Shown one piece after another: positions 60,189 to 64,000 of a stretch of DNA of 64,000 bases; position 1 is the stretch's first letter; every line of letters starts with the position of its first letter. The position numbers and the translations under genes were made by a program. The DNA is from Nitrospirota bacterium (GTDB lineage: Bacteria; Nitrospirota; UBA9217), in contig CAWIYV010000009.1 of NCBI GenBank assembly GCA_963840455.1, positions 288,001-352,000 of the forward strand, given 5' to 3'. Under the pieces are notes generated by a model. The model had not been told where the DNA came from and did not search any database. It was given only the letters and a program-made list of their open reading frames with translations.

Positions 60189-61246
60189 GGGTGCTAGGTG
60201 GTAAACAGTAGATTCGCATAACCTTGAATTAACTGTCGTTCAATGACAATTTTATGCATAATGATGTGTATCTAATAAATCCCCGGTCGAGTATAAAATA
60301 AAGAGAACGTATTATAGCACAAATATATCTATTACCAATACCCGACAAAGGGTATTTTTAGGGTATTGAACATGCGACAATCATTATTAAGTACTAATTA
60401 TAGCACATATATTCCAATATAAACAATAAGATAATAAATATCTGGCAAGGTGCCATTCAAGTCATTGAAAAATATATAATAATAATTAAGTATTAGCGAA
60501 CTAGCGTCTCAGATATACTATACCGTTGGGTCTGAACATATCGTCAAATCGTGATCACCACGCGTCATTCGTATGATCAAAGATCCATCATGGTCTTTAG
60601 ATCCAATATAATCAGCGTTATCTGCACGCCATCGGTTACGATGCAGAAGATCCTAGATATATTAATAGTTTCACTTCATAAATATTAATAGTATAGCACA
60701 GCTTATTGTGTGACGTGTGTGTCCATAAGCGCTAAAGTAGTCGAAATCGCAATTAAAGGTCGACATTATTTTAGAATTTGTCCATGAAGTCTCAGATAAG
60801 CAACAGTTTCGTACAGAATGCATAGAACGTACTTGTTTAAGTGCTATGTCACGTACGATCATTTGGGTTATGGAAGTCAGCAAATTCCTAGGAGGCATCA
60901 AGGAGAGCGGAGCAGCTAAGGTGAGGGTGAATATGCTGAGCTCGTCCGCATTGGCATATTTGGCATATCATATGAGGATGGAGCTAGACCGTTCTATGAG
61001 CCGTGGACAACGGCGGGGGATCTCCGGTAGGGACATGATGATGCTTCACCTCATCTCTGAATGTATCGTATCGTTCCAACGGGATGTGGAAAACGATGGC
61101 CGTTCAGCTTGACCCCATCCTACCTATTGTCACTGCCAGGAATCTCGATCTCTCCATGCCAATACATTTGACAAGGTCCGATCTGCTCGTTCATTTTGCC
61201 TAGGAGATATATCCATGGTGTTCAAAATTGATATCCGGAGGCGACG

Positions 61247-62710
61247 ATGTACCGTAGGAATCTCTTAAATGAAACCGACAGGCTCAATGCGCTCAAAAAG
61301 CTTGTGCATGATCTGACCGAAGCTCGTCCTGGTCGAGCGGTTTCGGTTCTCTCTCGGGACCCGTTGACCGGTTCGTTCCATGGCCTGCCCGTCGACCGCC
61401 GATTCGATTTCCCTGGTATGGATTTCCTGGACCGGACGGATCCTCTCCTCGGTCGGTTGCTTGCGGGTGAGGAATGGGTGCATAGGGAAAGCAAACATGG
61501 TTCGCATTTTGATGACGGAGGGACGGGGGGCACATTGGAAACCGTGTTTCCGATTGTCGTAAACGGATACATCGATCATGTGCTCATGATCAAGGGTGAA
61601 AATTTGTCTGATAGTGATTGCCGCTTGATCGGAGCATATTGCGGGCAGACCGCGCTTAATCTCGAGACCCTCGCTATGCACGTGAACCTCAATCGCAAGA
61701 TCGAACGTCTTGCTTCTCTGGTAAGCCTGGTTGATGACCTTTCCATCGAGCAGAATTACCGTAACCTGCTCCAGACGGTGCTTGACAGGTCAACGGAGCT
61801 TCTTCTGGCAGAGCAGGGCTCGATCATGCTCATAGAGAAAGAGACCGATCAACTCCTGCTCGAAGTATCAAAGGGTGGGCGAAAAGAACAGGATAAGCGA
61901 GTACGGGTCTCCAGGGGTGTTGGGATCGCAGGCGGGGTCGCAGCGTCGGGAGAGCCGCTCCTTGTTGAGGACATCGAACACGATTCTCGTGTTGGCAGGA
62001 GGAACCAGGAAAAATACAAGTCTGCATCCTTTGTCAGCGTGCCGCTCAAGATAGGCCATCGCGTTGTAGGAGTTATGAATTTCAATGATAAGCGAGCGGG
62101 AGAGCTCTTCGATGATGTGGACCTTAGTCTTGCTCAGACCTGCGCATCCCATGCAGCTCTTGTCCTTGATCGAAAGCAGATCTATGAGCAGACGGAGAAA
62201 TTGACCCAACAGGCTACGATCGATGATCTGACCGGTCTTCTCAACAGGGGGTGCTTGCTGAGAAGGCTGAGGGAGGAACTGGCGCGGTCTGATCGTTACG
62301 CGAAGATGATGAGTCTTGTCATGCTGGATATCGACGGATTCAAGGCCATAAACGACCAGTTCGGACATGCGAGAGGAGACCTCGTTTTGCGGCGGATAGC
62401 GGAGGTGATGACAAGCACCGTACGGTCCATCGACATTGTCGGACGTTATGGTGGAGATGAGTTCCTTATTATTCTTCCGGAAACCGACACGTTTTTTGCT
62501 GCGCATATGGCAGAACGGGTCCGATCCAATATCGAGAAAGCCTACATTTCTCGAGAGACCAGCGATCGCATCGTGAACAAGGTCACCTCGAGCATAGGTA
62601 TCGCAACATTCCCGTCGCACGGTACAAGCCCGGAAGTGCTGATTGCCAATGCTGATGAGGCTCTTTACAGGGCAAAGGCCGGTGGCAAGAACCAGGTCGT
62701 TGTGTATTGA
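61247..62710 (+). CDS. GAF-domain diguanylate cyclase
   Basis: DDLTGLLNR, MLDIDGFKAINDQFGH..GD, I-site RSID, intact GGDEF, ADEALYRAK; GGAGG RBS. Confidence 0.95.
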   Translation: MYRRNLLNETDRLNALKKLVHDLTEARPGRAVSVLSRDPLTGSFHGLPVDRRFDFPGMDFLDRTDPLLGRLLAGEEWVHRESKHGSHFDDGGTGGTLETVFPIVVNGYIDHVLMIKGENLSDSDCRLIGAYCGQTALNLETLAMHVNLNRKIERLASLVSLVDDLSIEQNYRNLLQTVLDRSTELLLAEQGSIMLIEKETDQLLLEVSKGGRKEQDKRVRVSRGVGIAGGVAASGEPLLVEDIEHDSRVGRRNQEKYKSASFVSVPLKIGHRVVGVMNFNDKRAGELFDDVDLSLAQTCASHAALVLDRKQIYEQTEKLTQQATIDDLTGLLNRGCLLRRLREELARSDRYAKMMSLVMLDIDGFKAINDQFGHARGDLVLRRIAEVMTSTVRSIDIVGRYGGDEFLIILPETDTFFAAHMAERVRSNIEKAYISRETSDRIVNKVTSSIGIATFPSHGTSPEVLIANADEALYRAKAGGKNQVVVY

Positions 62711-63444
62711 GATCTCCCGGCTCCATCAGAACATCATCTATCGTTTTTCCAACGGGCCACAGTTATGCCGCTCTTCACGTTTCGGCGTTCCCCGGAGCTC
62801 ATGATCAACCCGTCATTGCTCATAGGCGGTCCGGTTCATAGTTCAGGGCCATGATCTGATCCCTTTGTTCTGTCGCCGCGTTCATCCGAACCCAAGGCCT
62901 GTCCATCTCTCCGCTCCTCTTCTTGTTGTCTTCCGGGAAGAGAGCTCCTCTGCAATATATCGAACCACACTGTTCGCATTGTGCATACACGACCGTCATC
63001 GGCATCCATCCTGGCACTCCATCCTGTGATGCCAAAATGATTATGACTTGATTCGCAGAAATAGAGATCCTATTTCCCCTTGCAATGCTCGATCATGATG
63101 GGAGGGCATTGCTGCGGGAAAAGACATGATCACCATGAGCCGGCTGTACGCGATCGCTGCTGAGAATGAGAGGGATGGCGCCGGATAGGCTGGTGGCAAT
63201 GCCATATAGGCCTTGCTTTTTCTTCGACCATCCTGTATTATATATTTTATTCAGATCAACCGGCGGAGCTCGTTGTTCAGGCCCGTGCTTTTGCAGCCGA
63301 TCTTGCTGACCCCCACTACAGGACATTATCGAGGGCTATCAGAAAAGGTATTCTGATGGCCTTTTTGTTTGTTCCATGCTGCCGCACATCCAGCGACCGA
63401 AGCGTGCAGTAATCCCAGAACGTCGCAAAGAAAGCAGGTTGTAC

Positions 63445-64000
63445 GTGAATTTCAGTTCCTTCAAGCTCCATCAGCAGATCATGGCCGGCGTCGAGGCTGC
63501 CGGCTACATCACCCCGACGCCCATCCAGAAACAGGCAATCCCGCCGGTCATGGAGGGCAAGGATGTCATGGGCCTCGCCCAGACAGGCACCGGCAAGACC
63601 GCGGCCTTCGTGCTGCCGATCCTGGAGCGGCTGCTTAGCGGGCCGCGCGGGAAGGTCCGCGCCCTCATCATAGCACCAACGCGCGAGCTAGCAGAGCAGA
63701 TCAACGACAACATCATCGAGTTAGGCAGGAAGACCGGCATCCGGAGCACCACGGTCTACGGCGGCGTGGGCCTGAACCCGCAGATCCAGAAGCTGCGCGG
63801 AGGCACCGAGATCGTCGTCGCCTGTCCGGGCCGTCTGCTCGACCACCTGAACCAGAAGAACGCAGACCTGTCGCACCTCGAGGTGCTGGTGCTGGACGAG
63901 GCGGACCGCATGTTCGACATGGGCTTCCTGCCCGACATCCGCAGGATATTGAAGTACGTGCCCGTGAAGCGCCAGACCTTGCTGTTCTCGGCCACCATGC
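63445..64000 (+). CDS. rhlE: DEAD-box RNA helicase (RhlE-like), truncated by the window end
   Basis: Read directly from the sequence (absent from the ORF track): GTG start, PTPIQ, AQTGTGKT, PTRELA, LDEADRMFDMGF, FSATM. Confidence 0.93.
   Translation, partial: MNFSSFKLHQQIMAGVEAAGYITPTPIQKQAIPPVMEGKDVMGLAQTGTGKTAAFVLPILERLLSGPRGKVRALIIAPTRELAEQINDNIIELGRKTGIRSTTVYGGVGLNPQIQKLRGGTEIVVACPGRLLDHLNQKNADLSHLEVLVLDEADRMFDMGFLPDIRRILKYVPVKRQTLLFSATM

Noticed and set aside
60671-61112. Two short ORFs in the AT-rich intergenic region
   Set aside because: No motifs, atypical composition and no clear RBS.
1-64000. tRNA, rRNA, riboswitch, transposase, integrase or prophage genes
   Set aside because: None recognisable by eye; a covariance-model scan would be needed to exclude small RNAs such as c-di-GMP riboswitches.

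Overview
GC-rich bacterial window; the gene content resembles Desulfobacterota/Nitrospirota (inference). It is dominated by a ~47 kb co-directional Wzx/Wzy exopolysaccharide (EPS) locus of the PEP-CTERM/exosortase-associated type (5894-52728). This locus holds export genes, a NusG/UpxY-type antiterminator, a 2150-aa Ig-repeat surface lipoprotein, nucleotide-sugar genes (AlgD-like; WbpA/B/D/E-like), glycosyltransferases and many tailoring enzymes. A divergent, frameshifted NHL/Ig-repeat adhesin gene lies to the left. To the right is a signalling block (Crp/Fnr regulator, two histidine-kinase-like proteins, a sigma-54 activator, a GAF-GGDEF cyclase), then a truncated DEAD-box helicase. Most notable: (1) the priming glycosyltransferase carries an N-terminal degenerate GGDEF domain with an intact RxxD I-site, a candidate c-di-GMP switch on the first step of EPS synthesis; (2) two complementary-defective kinases with near-identical H-box helices flank the sigma-54 activator; (3) a sigma-54/IHF/palindrome promoter and a perfect class II CRP promoter are readable in the sequence; (4) two inverted 117-bp hairpin elements bracket the outer-membrane barrel gene; (5) the giant lipoprotein has a non-PEP-CTERM C-terminal anchor. 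All assignments come from reading motifs by eye; no database searches were run.
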